36,561 nt of DNA from Catajapyx aquilonaris (lineage: Eukaryota), in contig JYFJ02003901.1 in the NCBI GenBank assembly GCA_000934665.2, forward strand, positions 1-36,561. Direction: 5' to 3'. Positions within the stretch are counted from its first letter, which is position 1; each line of letters opens with the position of its first letter. The notes under the pieces are model-generated. The model ran no database searches. It was not told where the DNA came from and worked only from the letters and a program-made list of their open reading frames with translations. Both the position numbers and the translations under genes were made by a program. Below are positions 12,888 through 26,672 of the stretch, in pieces.

Positions 12888-13362
12888 TATTGCGAAGTTT
12901 TACGAGCCTCCAAATAGCGGCTTTGTCGTTTTTGTTGAATAGCAAAAATGAACGGCTTGTCAGAAAAATGTAGTTTGAACACTTTGTTGGAGGCTATACA
13001 TTGTCGTAATAATTGCGACAATGTATGGCCTCCACAAAGAGTCCAAACTGTACGCTGACTATGGAGATCGCTCAAAATATTGTCAGAAAATTATGTATTG
13101 AATAGAAATTCAATAACGTCTCGAGAGTATCAGACGTGACTTGATATCATCAATCCTTAGCCGTCAAAAGAATTGAACGCACAATTGTTGGTCGTGCATT
13201 TTTATAACATGTGCACTTACGTTATTACGTCCTTGACACTGTCCTTCCATGACGCGATGTACAGTCACTTCATGCCAGCGTCAAATATGATTTAAAAATT
13301 CTTTCCTGTTTTATTAGTTTGTCTGAACATGAACATGTGTTGTCTGAACAAAATTGTACATC

Positions 13363-15109
13363 TTACACAAGCGGATCATTGCCCTGCTCTGTGGTGGTCA
13401 TGTTTGTGGTATGCCTGGTTCTAATTTCCTCACAATAGGAATACACCACAGATGTTAAATATATGTGCGGTAAAATGATGCAACAGAGAAGAGGACCATA
13501 CATTGTGTTTCTATCTCGGTAAAAGGTTATTGCAAAACCAGGCAAAAATATGGCGAGTATGACTTGAAGAATAATCCAGGGCTGTATCAGGTGATATTTC
13601 TCCTGAAAATAAAATATTGTTGCCAGCTCATTAGGGCCTTGGTTTGTTATCAATCGTAAAGCTGGTATGTACTTACTTTACGGATTCCGTATATCATGAT
13701 TGGTCCCGTAACTAACGACGCAAGAGAATATGCAGATGGTGGCAGTATAATCTCCAGTCCTGGTGGTATCAAAATGAGAAAGACTTAATAGCAATTACCT
13801 CTCAGGTTTATAGAGTCAATTGAGCCAATTAATATGAATGTTATTTCAAATGTAAAAGGCCATTCAAGTATATTTTAAGATTATATTGCCATTAATGTGA
13901 GCAGTATACTTACGCCACCAGCAGCTTGAGACAAAGCAGAAAATTATTCCAGCAGCTAGGAGCATCGACAGGGCCTGTGCAACAATATTAATGACAAACA
14001 ATCACTCCAACAATGGGCAAATTCAACTCATTTCAACTCACAGTGTAGATAGCACCAATGAAGAATGAGCCTTTCCTTGTAGACCAGGCCAGACAGCATG
14101 TATTCAAGTTCGGTATATCGACATTAATAGTAGGTGGCATGGCAGCGCCTAAAATGTGTTAAATACCTGAAGGAATCTGGGTAACAATTTTCTGGTGATC
14201 ACACTTACCAATCTCATGGAGCCGTAGTTCCTCATAGTAACAGTACACCACAAATATGAAATACACGTGAGGTATTATGATGCAGCCGATAATTAAGCCA
14301 GTCGCAGCCAGTACCTTATAGCCACATAATGCAACTGGAAAAAACATTCCATACACGACTTGAAGCATAATCCATGGCAGCATCAGACGGCATCTACCCT
14401 GCAAATATATAACAATAGTTGACTCAAAATCTAACTCTGCCTCACATACATTGCGTTTACACATTTTGTTCTTGAGTGTTTCTAGTGTCATCAGAAGAAA
14501 ACAAGTATTTTCTGCAACGCATACGACTTAATCATGTATAAATGCAAAACAGTACTCACTTTACGAATGCCATGTATCATAAGCGATGCCCCGATGATAC
14601 ATAAAGTCGAATAAATCAGTGGAGGCAATGTAAATCCCAGGCCTGAAATTATGGAAGCAGATATATATCTCTTAGCATGGCTTGTATAATTAATTAACAC
14701 TAATGAGCAGTTGTGACGCAGGCAGGACAAGACCTGCTTCATTTAAGGTGCTCATATTCTCTTCATTGCATTTACTCTTTATTAGGAATTATTTTCACAG
14801 GTTTCCTTTCAGTCCTGGTAGTGTGTACTGCGAATAATTTATAATGTAAATAACTTAACGTGAGAGGGCCATACATACCCAACCACATTCCGGGTGTGGC
14901 CGTAAGATATATTACAGGCACAGCTATCATGATCGACAGCACCTGCATTGTGTCAAATAGCATTGTTATGAATAAGACCCCAATCCCACTACTAATAGCA
15001 TGTAACTCACAATGTAGACGGCAGCAATGATCAGAGAACCGGTCTGTGTAGACCAGACCCGGCAGCATGTCCTGGCTCTTGGAACTGACACCGCGAAGGT
15101 CACGAGCAT
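13363..15109 (-). CDS. G1: double-module (2 x 4 TM) LAPTM4/DUF4728-like protein, 8 exons, ~308 aa, intact
   Basis: Exons 15109-15011, 14942-14879, 14642-14560, 14398-14209, 14148-14042, 13974-13914, 13759-13677, 13602-13363 (927 nt, no internal stop). Each module has TCC..WST..GS, GIRK, PWI.LQV and VVY.Y.EE motifs. Confidence 0.8.
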
Positions 15110-15946
15110 CTTGGAATCAGTATATAGACTACACAATGAGCAAATTAATATTAGCAAAAAGTCACGATGCCATGCTGCGCAGTGACAGGATCATAACTAC
15201 ATGTATACACGACCTTGCCTGCATTCCATGAACACACAATGTAGTCTGCTGGCTTGACTGACTCACAGTCAGCTCAGCGTGGTTCAGTGGAATGAAAGTG
15301 CCGGTGTGAAGAGGCGCTAGTGTCGAGGCCACATCCTGCTGGATACTACGAATGAGTGTGTTTCAGCTTCAAAAGATACGTAGTAGGTTCAGTGCTCTCA
15401 TCAGACTAATGCACACAGCAAAAACATATTCAGTGTAATTGAAAATGTGAATTAGTTTTTAAAATGGTAACCAGTCCTCTTCCAGATGTGCGATCAAAAA
15501 CAACTAATTTGCTGTCGCTTATCCTTGTATGGTGCGAAACTCCACAGTGCACACTAGCCAACATCACAAGAGAAATGTCAAATGGGAAAGAGTGACCAGG
15601 TAAAAAAAATACAGGTGTCAATTGGACACAAATGGTTTTCATTAATTAAGCACATCCCATTACATTGTAATACATGTTACAATTTTATTAATTTAGGATA
15701 TAAGTTACCGTATACAAATGCAGAGTTCAGGTACTTGCGAAATATTTCTCCAGTATTATCTGGCCTTCAGTTCGAGTTTTCGTTTACAGAGCCGAATATT
15801 GGCCGCATTTATTGTCGTTAAAAACAATAATATTATATTATACAAGGATTAAATTGAATTGTGCACTCCCCGATTGCACTGTTGTGCAATTGGCTGGTTT
15901 ACTCTCCTTGTTTTCTGCTTCATGATTCTTATTTGTATCCTACTGG

Positions 15947-17974
15947 TTAGACAAGTGGATAGCTGCTCGGCTCTGTAGCGGCTGTCTCTACTGGAGGGTG
16001 ATTGAGTCGGATTTTTTTATAATAGGAATACACCACAAATGTGCAGTACATATGAGGTATAATGCAGCATCCAACAAAATACCCACTGCCAATTAGTCGA
16101 TTATTGAAACCCAGGATGTAAATGACCAGAATGACTTGAAGAAGAATCCAAGGCAGTATCAGCTGGTATTTGTCCTGGGGAAAAAATTAACAGAATGTTA
16201 GAGATTGCTTTTGCTCATCAGTAATATTACTGATGAAGCCCTAACCCTATACAGTAGCCTACTCACTTTATGGATTCCATGTATCATAAGTGGACACACA
16301 ACCAAATAGGTAAGAGAAATGCCCAGTAATGGTAATATAAATACCAAATCTGTAAATCAAAATTTAAGTGGGGTGTAGCTTACAACACAGTACAGTTAGA
16401 GTAATATCATATGGAAGTGGTAAAGTACATACCCCAGTAGTAGCCGGCTACAATTAAATATATCATCGCAGAAGCTAGCAGAATCGCCAAAACCTAAAGA
16501 GCGAAAGCATCAAAGTTATTGGCAGTTTTCACAGGCGCGAAAATGATAAAAATGCAACTGACCATGTAGAGAACTGCAATACAGAGTGAGCCAGTCCTTG
16601 TAGACCATTCCAGACAAAATGTCTTCAGATTTGGTACATTCAGCTCGATATACGGTGGCAAGGTGGCACTCTCGGTGCTACCTGAGAAGAAATATACAGT
16701 AACATAACAATAAGTTCTAATATGGCACGTCCCACGTCATATATTATGCAAAACAATCAGGCTCCTAGTGTAATGATTTGGAGGTGAATACTTGAGGTGA
16801 TGACTTGCCATTCTGGGTAATTCTGAGTTCCTCATGATAGCAGTACACCACATACACTAAGTACAAGTGTACTGTGATGGTGCAGCTGAAAACAAATATG
16901 GAGACACTATGTCCGTCGCACATCTCAAAGCTGCACATGGCAGCAGGTATATACATCGCGGCGATGACTTGAAGTATGATCCAGGGTACCAGCAAGCGAC
17001 ATCTGCTCTGAAACCATAATCGTGTCAGTTACACACTAATATTTGCCTCTCACATGTCGATTAGGCCTATAACAAGTGGAGGCCTGTATGTTGTCACATT
17101 ATTTTTAGAAATAATTTACAGTAAGCCCTATAGAGCATAGACTCTCTATGTCGTTGGAAAATGACGAATTTTCGCCTGAATATGAACAAGCAAAGAAATG
17201 TTTACAGTTTTCAGAAAAGGGAAAAAATAAACTCACTCTACGTATGCCACGTATCATAACCGATGCCGCAGTGATACAGAAAGTTGAATAAACCAAAGGG
17301 GGTGCCAATCTATAATAATTTGGATCTGAAAATATACAGCATAACAAAAAAATGAAAAATATATGCAAATGAAGCGCTGTCTTTTTCCTGCCCCATGTTT
17401 TAGTAGTCGATGAATTTTTCAGGACTATAGTTTTTTTTCATTTGCATGTTAGTGCAAGCGATGCAAAATTTGAGCCATTTCTTTAAAAGAGGAGAGTTAT
17501 TTATTTATTTATTTACTTACTTACTTACTTACTTACTATTTATTCAATTTCTTTATTAGTGGTTTTGTTATTGTGATTGCCACCAGCATCACCACCACCA
17601 CCACCACTACTAGGTACTACTACTATTTGTTGTAAACTTCAGGTATGTACAGCTCTCCATACCATTAGGTTGAGAATAATTATTTGTGGTTAAACCAGAG
17701 GGTTAGCCTTTTTAAATTAATAATATGAGGCATACTTACGAAACCACCCTATGGATAAATCAACAGCAGTAGTATAAATTACAAGAGCAGCTATCACGAT
17801 CGACAGGACCTGCATTATAAAAGGGATTTTTTAAATTATTGCAACAAGCATGCTACTTAATAATGATAACGTGAAACTCACAAAGTAGATGGCAGCAACG
17901 ATCAGTGAACCGGTCTTCGTAGAAAAGACCCGGCAGCATGACCTGGCTCTTGGAAATGATACTGTGAAGGTCAT
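15947..17974 (-). CDS. G2: double-module 8-TM protein, apparently intact
   Basis: Eight exons homologous to G1; linker intron 16808-16682 needs a GC donor (G|GCAAGT); first ATG is ATA here so the next Met (MTFTVSFPRARSCC) is used; in-frame 15-nt deletion in last exon relative to G3; ends ...PSSYPLV. Confidence 0.72.
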
Positions 17975-18375
17975 GGCTATCTTGGAAACTGTGCACAATC
18001 AAGAGAGGAAAATACCAGCTGTTGCATGTGGGCTAGTTAACACGCAATTAAATATTAGATACGCTATGCAGACTGGAACTGCACCTCGCACTGCTCGTAT
18101 ACGTTGCACACACTCCACAGATTCAAATTTGCCTTGTTGTATACAGTTATATAGTGGATAAGAAATTCTTAGGATTAAAGTAGAGACACACACCTGGCTA
18201 ACACGTGGTCTTGAAGGCAATCGAATGCAGCCCACCAGGATCACTCTATGCAGCGTACTAAGCAACTAGAGGCATGCTCAGCTACGGTTGGAGGACTCGT
18301 GAGAGTTAATAATGCAGGGGAGCATGTGGGCGGTTCTCGCTTCGAGGACATGTGCTCATGGCTCTAGGCTGTTAC

Positions 18376-18420
18376 ACTGACAGTCCGAAGGTCACGGGCA
18401 TCTTGAAATCAGTACGCAAC
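18376..18420 (-). pseudogene. Truncated relic of G1 first coding exon at the duplication junction
   Basis: actgacagtccgaaggtcacgggcatcttgaaatcagta matches 15084-15122 (ATG plus about 8 codons), then homology stops. Confidence 0.7.
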
Positions 18421-19198
18421 TAGCAAAATAATATGAGCAAAAATTCACCATTCCATGTTACGCAGTGACAGGATCGTCATAACCATGGATCATAACTGTA
18501 CGTACACGACCTTGCCTGTGCATTCCCTGAACACACAATGTAGTCTGCTTGACTGACTCAGAATGAAAGTTCCGATGGGAAGAGGCGCTAGTGTCGAGGC
18601 CACATCCTGCTGGATACTACGAATGAGTGTATTTCAGCTTCAAAGATAGTATAGGTGGTATCGGTTCAGTGCTCTCATCATACATGCTGCACACAGCAAA
18701 AACACATTCACTCTACTTGAAAATGTGAATATATTGGTTTTTAAAATGGTAACAGTCCTTCCAGATGTGCGACCAAAAAACAATTTGCTGTCGCTTCTCC
18801 TTGTATGGTGCGAAACTCCACAGTGGAGGAGTAGCCTACATCACAAGTGCAATATGTCAAATGGCAAAGAGTGCCCAGGTAAAAAATAAAGGTGTCAATT
18901 GGGGACAAAGATTTTAAGAATTGATTAACCACATCCGGTTACATTGCCATACATATTACAATCTTCATTCATTTAGGATAAAGCGCATACAAATGCAGAG
19001 TTCAGGTACCTGTGAAATATTTCTCCAGTATTATCTGGCCTTCAGTTCGAGATTTCTTTTACAGAGCCAAATATTGGCCGCATTACATTATATACAAGGA
19101 TTAAATTGAATGGTGCACTCCACGATTGCACTGTTGTGCAATTGGCTGGTTTACTCTCCCTGTTTTCTGCTTCATGAATTCTATTTGTATCCTACTGG

Positions 19199-21148
19199 TT
19201 AGACAAGTGGATCACTACTAGGCTCTGTAGTGTCTGCCTCTACTGGGGGGTGTTTGAGTCGGATTTCTTCATAATAGGAATACACCACAAATGTGCAGTA
19301 CATATGAGGGATAATGCAGCATCCAACCAGAGACCCATTGCCCCAAATCAGTCGATTATTGCGAAAGGTTACAAGGAAACCCAGGCCATACACGGCCAGA
19401 ATGATTTGAAGAAGAATCCAAGGCAGTATCAGATGGCATTTGTCCTGGTGAAAAAAATTAACAGAATGTCAGCAATTGCTTTTCCTCATCAGTAATATTA
19501 CTGAAGCCCTAACCCTATACAGTACTACTCACTTTACAGATTCCTTGTATCATGAGTGGACACAAAACCAAATAGGCAAGAGAAAGGCCCAATATTGGTA
19601 ATAATAATACCAAATCTGTAAATCAAAATGAATGTGTGAGGTAGCTTACAACACAGTGCAGTTAGAGTAATATCAAGTGGAAGTGGTACATACCCCAGTA
19701 GTAGCCGGATACAATGCAATATATCATTGCAGAAGCTAGCAGAATCGCCAAAAGCTAAAGAGTGAATATAGAAAAGTTATTGGTAGTTTTTCACATGGGC
19801 AACAATGAGAAAAATGCAACTCACCATGTAGAGAACTGCAATACAGAGCGAGCCAGTCCTTGTAGACCATGCCAGACAACATGTCTTCAGATTTGGTACA
19901 TCCAGCTCGATAGACGGTGGCAATGTGGCACTCTCGGTGCTACCTGAAAGGAAATATACAGTAACATAACAATAAGTTATAATAATTATGGCAGGTCATA
20001 TATTATGCAAAACAATCAGGCTCCTAGTGTAATGATTTGGAGGTGAATACTTGAGGTGATGACTTGCCATTCTGGGTAATTCTGAGTTCCTCGTGATAGC
20101 AGTACACCACATACACGAAGTACAAGTGTACTGTGATGGTGCAGCTGAAAACAAAGATGGAGGCACCATATCCATCGCACATCCCAATGCTGCACATGAC
20201 AGCAGGTAAATACATCGCGGTGATGACTTGAAGTATGATCCAGGGTAACAGCAATCGACATCTGCTCTGAAACCATAACAGTGTCAGTTGCACTAATATT
20301 TGCCCCTCTCATAAGTCGATTATAAGAACTGGAGGATTTTTGCCTGAATATGAACAAGCAAAGAAATGTTTAGATTTTTCAGAGAATGGGAAAAAATAAA
20401 CTCACTGTACGAATGCCCCGTATCATAATCGATGCCGCAGTGAGACAGAAAGTTGAATAAACCAAAGGGGGCAATGTAATGTTTGGATCTGAAAATATAC
20501 AGCATAACAACAAAAAATGAAACAAATATGCAAATGAATAGCAGTCTTTTGCCGGCCCCATGTTTTTAATTTTTCAGGACTATACGTGTTTTCATCTGAC
20601 TGTTAGTGCAAGCTATGCAAAATTTGAGGCTGTTCTTAAAAAGAGGAGGGTTTTGGGAGAGTTATTTATTTATTTACTTACTTAGTTACTTATTATTTAT
20701 CAAACTTCTACATTTGTGGTCTTGTTATTGTGATTGCCACCAGCATCACTACCACTACTATACTACTACTTCTATTTCTTGTAAACTACATGTACAGTAC
20801 CTAGCGATGAAGCTCTCCACACTATTAGGCTGAGAATTATGTGCCATGCAACCAGAGGGCTAGCTTTTTCAAAATTAATGATATGAGTTATACTTACCAA
20901 ACCTCCACCGGCCTCTGGACAAATCAACAGCAGTAATATAAATTACAAGAGCAGCTATCACGATCGACAGGACCTGCATTATAAAAGGGATTTTTTTTTT
21001 AAATTATTGCAACAAGCATGCTACTTAATAATGATAACGTGAAACTCACAATGTAGATGGCAGCAACGATCAGTGAACCGGTCTTCGTAGAACAGACCCG
21101 GCAGCATGACCCGGCTCTTGGAATTGACACTGTGAAGGTCATGGGCAT
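19199..21148 (-). CDS. G3: double-module 8-TM protein, apparently intact
   Basis: Eight exons, MPMTFTVSIPRAGSCC...EPSSDPLV; GC-AG linker intron 20067-19944; module B exon has TTG where G1 has ATG. Confidence 0.75.
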
Positions 21149-21977
21149 CTTGGAAACTGCGCACCAGAGAGGAAATATCAACTGTTGCATGTGGGCCTAG
21201 TTAACACACCATTAATACTAAAGATACACTATGCAAACTGGCACTGCACCTCGCATGGTGCATACGTTGCACATACTCCACAGATTCAAACTTGCCTTGC
21301 TGCAGTTATAGCCGTTAAGAAATTCTTAGGAACTTACAGTAGGGCGAGACACACGTCTGGCGAACACGTGGACTTGAAGGCAATCGAATGCAGCCCACCA
21401 GGATCACTCTATGCAGCGTACTAAGCAACTAGAGGCATGCTCGGCTACAGTTGGAGGACTCGTGAGAGTTAATAATGTAGGGCAGGATGTGGGCGGTGCT
21501 CGCTTCGAGGACATGTGCGCATGTGAAAGAAACAAACTGCGCTACGCTGAACATGAAGGCGGGATAATGGCAGGTTTCCAAATGCTGGCAACAGAATCGA
21601 GCGAGGTTATCAAATTGTAAACAATAGCAACAAAACAACTGATAAAGTCGGTTAAGTGAGAAGTTTATGACACAGAAGTACGGGAACATCCTATAGTCAT
21701 CGATGATTTAAAAACATGAGTTAATTGATTGATTTATTTTACTCATGTGACAAAATGAATACACAAGGGAGAATAAGACGAAATTAATCAAATACGCAAG
21801 GAAATTTATTCGAACATGAATAAATCCTTCCCATATTTTGTAATAAATGCTCGAATATAATGGCATCAAAATAGCGTATAAGCTTCAGTGTTACTGAGAT
21901 TGCATCTGGATGTTATTATAATTATTATCATATTAGGCCAATAAAGCAATACAGTATATTGCGAGTGTTAGCACTGA

Positions 21978-24259
21978 TTAGACAAATGGATCGCTGCTCG
22001 GCTCTGTATTGGTTGCATCTGGGGTGTGCTTGAGTCTGATTTCTTCCCAGTAGCAATACACCACAAATGTGAAGTACAGATGAGGTGCAATGCAGCACCC
22101 GACGAGAGTGGAATTGCCAATGGGGAACCTGATGCGAAAAGTTAGCAGGAGATCCAGGGCGACCCAGGGTATATGTGGCCAGCATGACTTGAAGAAGTAT
22201 CCAAGGCATTATCAGCTGGTATTTATCCTGGTAAAAATATTTAACAGAATGTTAGCGAATCTTTCATTCATCAGTATAATATAGTGAAACCCTGCCCTTA
22301 CTCACTACGGATTCCTTGCATCATAAGCGGACTCAAAACCAGAGAGCCAAGGGAAAACCCCAACATTGTCGCTACCATCAGATAATCTGTGAACCGAAGA
22401 GAAAGTGCAAGTCAGCTCAGGACTAGATTTCTGTGACATTTGTATTTGCTGTGTACAAACACCTTTTTATATTGACATACTGTACAAAAAAGTTCAACAA
22501 AAAAGGGTATGTTCAAGCACATGTGCTACAAGGAAAAGAAAGTTTCGGCCAAGCTTCAGACACTAGTATTTTTTTTGCAACATAGTGCACGTTTGTCAAA
22601 ACTTTTTTTATACACTGCAGTTAGATGGTCAGAGAGTGACAAAACCTCAGTGGTATACAATCATACCCCAGTAGTAATCAGACACAAAGAAATATATCAT
22701 CGCAGACGCTATAACCAATGACAATACCTAAGGAATAAAGTAAAAATGTCATTAGCAAACACCATCTCGCCACAGGGATATATCATAAATCCGTCAGTAT
22801 TTAGTAAAGTGAAAACAAAATGAAAAAACATTTTTATATTAAACATATACTCATGTTACCGTATTCAATGTGTCCGTTTAGCAAATATTATCTAAAGTGC
22901 TGTTCTGCGGCAATGCAACTCACTGTGTAAAGAGTTGCAATCCAGAGGGAAGCAGTTCTGGTAGACCATACCAGACAGAATGTCTTCAGATATGGTACAT
23001 CCATCTTGACAGCAGATGGAAGGGTTACACCCTCGGTGCAACCTACAAAATATTTAATGGCGAGTTGATGCAAAATGCAACCATGAACCCATTGTTTTCC
23101 TGGTGATGACTTGCCATTCTGGGTGATTCTGAGTTCCTCATAATAGCAGTACACCACATATATGAAGTACAAGTGTGCTGTGATGGTGACGCAAAAGCCA
23201 AGGGCGGAGGCACCGTAATCAGAGCACATGATATAGTTGCACATGGCAGCAGGTAAATACATCGCGGCGATGACTTGAAGTATGATCCAGGGTAACAGCA
23301 AACTACATCTGCTCTGAAACCATATTCACCTGCCTGTCAGTTTTCACTATAATAGTTTCCTCTCATAATATAAGTGCAGAATATAATTATCAGATGCAAG
23401 AGTGTTGTCAATCCTTGAGATAACATAAGCGTTTCCTTGGTGGAAAATGATTAGCTTTTGCAGGAATAATAGTGAAAAACGAAGTGTTAGTATGTTTCAA
23501 TTAAATTATGTAAAAGTAAACTCACTGTACGGATGCCATGTATCATAATCGATGTCACAATGAAGCAAAATGCCGAATAAAGCGAAAGAGGCCATGTGTA
23601 TGCCAGACCTGAAATCATTAAAAAATAATTAGAAATCTATTATGTTATTGAGTAAGCTCATATGTGTAGCATAGCCTTGATCAATTTTGTAGTACAGTAC
23701 AGTCGTTAATCTTATTGTTCCCTCAAGCACAAATTTAAGCAATGGTATATCATGCAACAAAATGCAACAGGAATATGATTTAAAGCTGGATTTAAAAACT
23801 CAACCAGTCAATGAACGCATACATTTTATGCATAATAATTGTACCATCATAGCGTGCATTGCAACCATTGTTTCTTTTCGAAAAAGGGTTAATATAAAAT
23901 AATACTTGCAATGTCTCGTGAAATATGCATAATTATACAGTATACGTATTATTAGTCTTATAGAACGTTTATCTAGGTTAATATTAATTATTTGGGAGTC
24001 ATACGTTCACTAATTCAAGCACTAATCCAAAGTTTGTAGGTCCAAGCAGCATAAGTTTCGTAGATTACAGGAGCAGCTGTTAGGATCGACACGACCTACA
24101 GTACACAAAACGGTAATAATTTTTAATGAGACAATGGCGATATTATTATATGAAACTCACAATGTAGAGGGCAGCAATGATCAGTGACCCTCTCCTTGCA
24201 GACCAGAAGCTACAACATGTCCTGGCTCTAGGAACTGACATTGAGAAGGTCAGTGCCAT
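21978..24259 (-). pseudogene. G4: double-module gene with disabling lesions
   Basis: In-frame TGA at 24017-24015 in exon 2, 2-nt loss before the exon 7 donor (~22306), 10-nt duplication frameshift at 22150-22169 in exon 8; ancestral end ...SSDPFV TAA at 21980-21978. Confidence 0.72.
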
Positions 24260-25316
24260 CTTGGAATCTGTATATACAAAAAGTGTAAATACAATCACTG
24301 CATGTACGAGTATAACAATGTAACGATGGTCTTTGAAAATACGAGCAATTACAAGAAATGATGTCTTCTCCGGTATTCCTTGATCTCTCAGCAGTAACGT
24401 ATCAAGAGTTCAACGACCACCTAGGAAGGACACATCCGGTGAATAGTTGCAAACAGCAAATGAGTAATATATTAGCCACTTGTTTAATCTGCGGCACAAT
24501 GTGGTGAAGAGGGCTGGTTCGCACAGTCAAGTGACAGGAAGAGACGCACGCCCTCTTCCGTTGTGCAGATGGACCTATACGATAAATTATTGTTTATATG
24601 CACTGCTTTTTCGTCCTGTCATTCAGATATGATTTTTTTTTCTCACACTTTATAGTTGTAGGTGACTGAAGTGCTAACGCCTCCGGGACGAGCGCAGGCA
24701 CCCCGGCAGACTCTGCACTCAGAGATTTCCAAAAACAATAATTTTAAATATAATTATGGCCCCGCTAGTGTCTGGGTCAGACGTTCTCAATGTCAAGTCC
24801 GCACACATTTCATGGATTTATTTTCATTTCAGTACACATGTTATACCAAAATGCTGGTAACAGTCTGCTGATGGGTTATTGTTTTGTACTGTACATTACC
24901 TTATTGCGTATACACGCCATTAAAACCATAGAAGGACACATTTATAACATGTTGTGAACGAGGTCAAAGTTCATGGACAGTGGTTTCATTGTGATTAAAT
25001 CGCCCGTGTTCAGCATAAAGTAAGGGCCATCTTAGGTACAGCATATCCCATTCTGCTGCAACTGTAAGTAATGTTGCTCTAAATGATGTTGGAAGACGGC
25101 AAATTATAGGATACATATAGGATATGCGTCCATTTACTCGCATGATTTGAAGAAAAAAAAATCGGTGGTAACATCATTAGCGGTGGCAAATGAAATTTTA
25201 TGGTGTGCATTAGTTTTGTTCAGCCAGTAAACCTCCATTCGTCGCAGACATTGAGGCATGTGCCGAAATGTGAGAAAAGTTCAAATAATATAGCCACAGA
25301 ATGATGATCTCAAAAA

Positions 25317-26580
25317 TCAAGCAAGAGGATCAGAATTCTGGTCAGAATTCTGGTCAGAATTCATTGGCTCTGCAGCGTTTTTGGTTCTCAGCTCTTCGTA
25401 TTAAGAATATGCCACATGTATGAAGTAAATATATGGCAAAATTGTGCAGAAGATAAGTGGTCGATAAACATAGAATCTTAATCTTATAAAATATAATGCA
25501 AATACTGGCATAAATGGGACCACTGTGATGTGCAGCAGGATCCACGGCATCATCAAGCGGCATCTCTCCTGGGAAAGCATTATTATACACAAGAATCACT
25601 GATAAAAATGATGTGAACAAAATGTGTGTTCGAAATAATTATTAACAATCAGACGTCTTACTTTTCGGATTCCGTGTAGCATCAGCGATGACAGAGGCAG
25701 GCAAAAAGCAGAATACACCAAACCGACGATTGCATATGCTAGGTCTGAATGAAAAAAAAATGAGATGTACAACATGAGTGTAAGTCATACTCTCACCGTA
25801 AGAAAAGCAGCAATGAGTAATAATTAATTTTGAATAATATTGATTTGCTCACATTGAAAGTATAATGTAGCAATTACTATATATAGCCTACCCCAGTAGT
25901 AGAGTCTCGTTGCAAAATATATTATTCCTGAAGCAACGATGGCGATGGATGCAACCTGTATGCAATCAGCATAAATATTATTGTCAAATTAATATGGGTT
26001 ATATGAGTTAAAGGGTCCAGATAATAATAAATCAACCCACAATGTTCAGGGCAGCAATCATGATGGATCCGGTTCTTGTAGACCACGCTATACAGCAGGT
26101 TCTAGCACTGGAGAATGAAACAGTACAAGTTGCTGTCTGAGCCGAATCTGTAAAGAATGAACCTTTTTTTAACAGTGGAAGGAGGAGTTATTTTCAGAGG
26201 CACAGGCATGAACTCACTGGTGTCTTTGAGTCTCAGTTCTTCATAATAAGTGTACACGACCAATAGGAAGTAGAGCTGTGGTATGATGGAGCAGCCCAAG
26301 AGCGGGATATAATAATTATCATAATTATAGTACTTATAATTATATTTATCATAATAGGTCTTAAAATCCAAGCACAGAATAGTCGGAAAATACAGTGCTA
26401 CGAGGATGTGAAGAAGCCAGGGCAGCATCAGGCGGCATCTCTCCTAAAAAAAACAATAAAAAAAACAATAACAATAAATAAATAAATAAATAAATAAACG
26501 GTCATTAGCCCTGCTCCTACAAATTCCAGGGTAGTGGTAAAATGACGCAAAGGACAATGACTACTACGACGACGACGACG

Positions 26581-26672
<92 letters not shown>

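Larger units (their letters stand above)
15084..21523. repeat. Recent tandem segmental duplication (~15084-18360 and ~18376-21523)
   Basis: Long near-identical intergenic and intronic stretches, e.g. gaagaggcgctagtgtcgaggccacatcctgctggatactacgaatgagtgt in both copies; contains G2 and G3. Confidence 0.88.

Noticed and set aside
22150..22310. Mutual compensation of the G4 exon 7 and exon 8 indels
   Set aside because: The phase-1 and phase-2 donor options I tested hit TAA or TGA early in exon 8.
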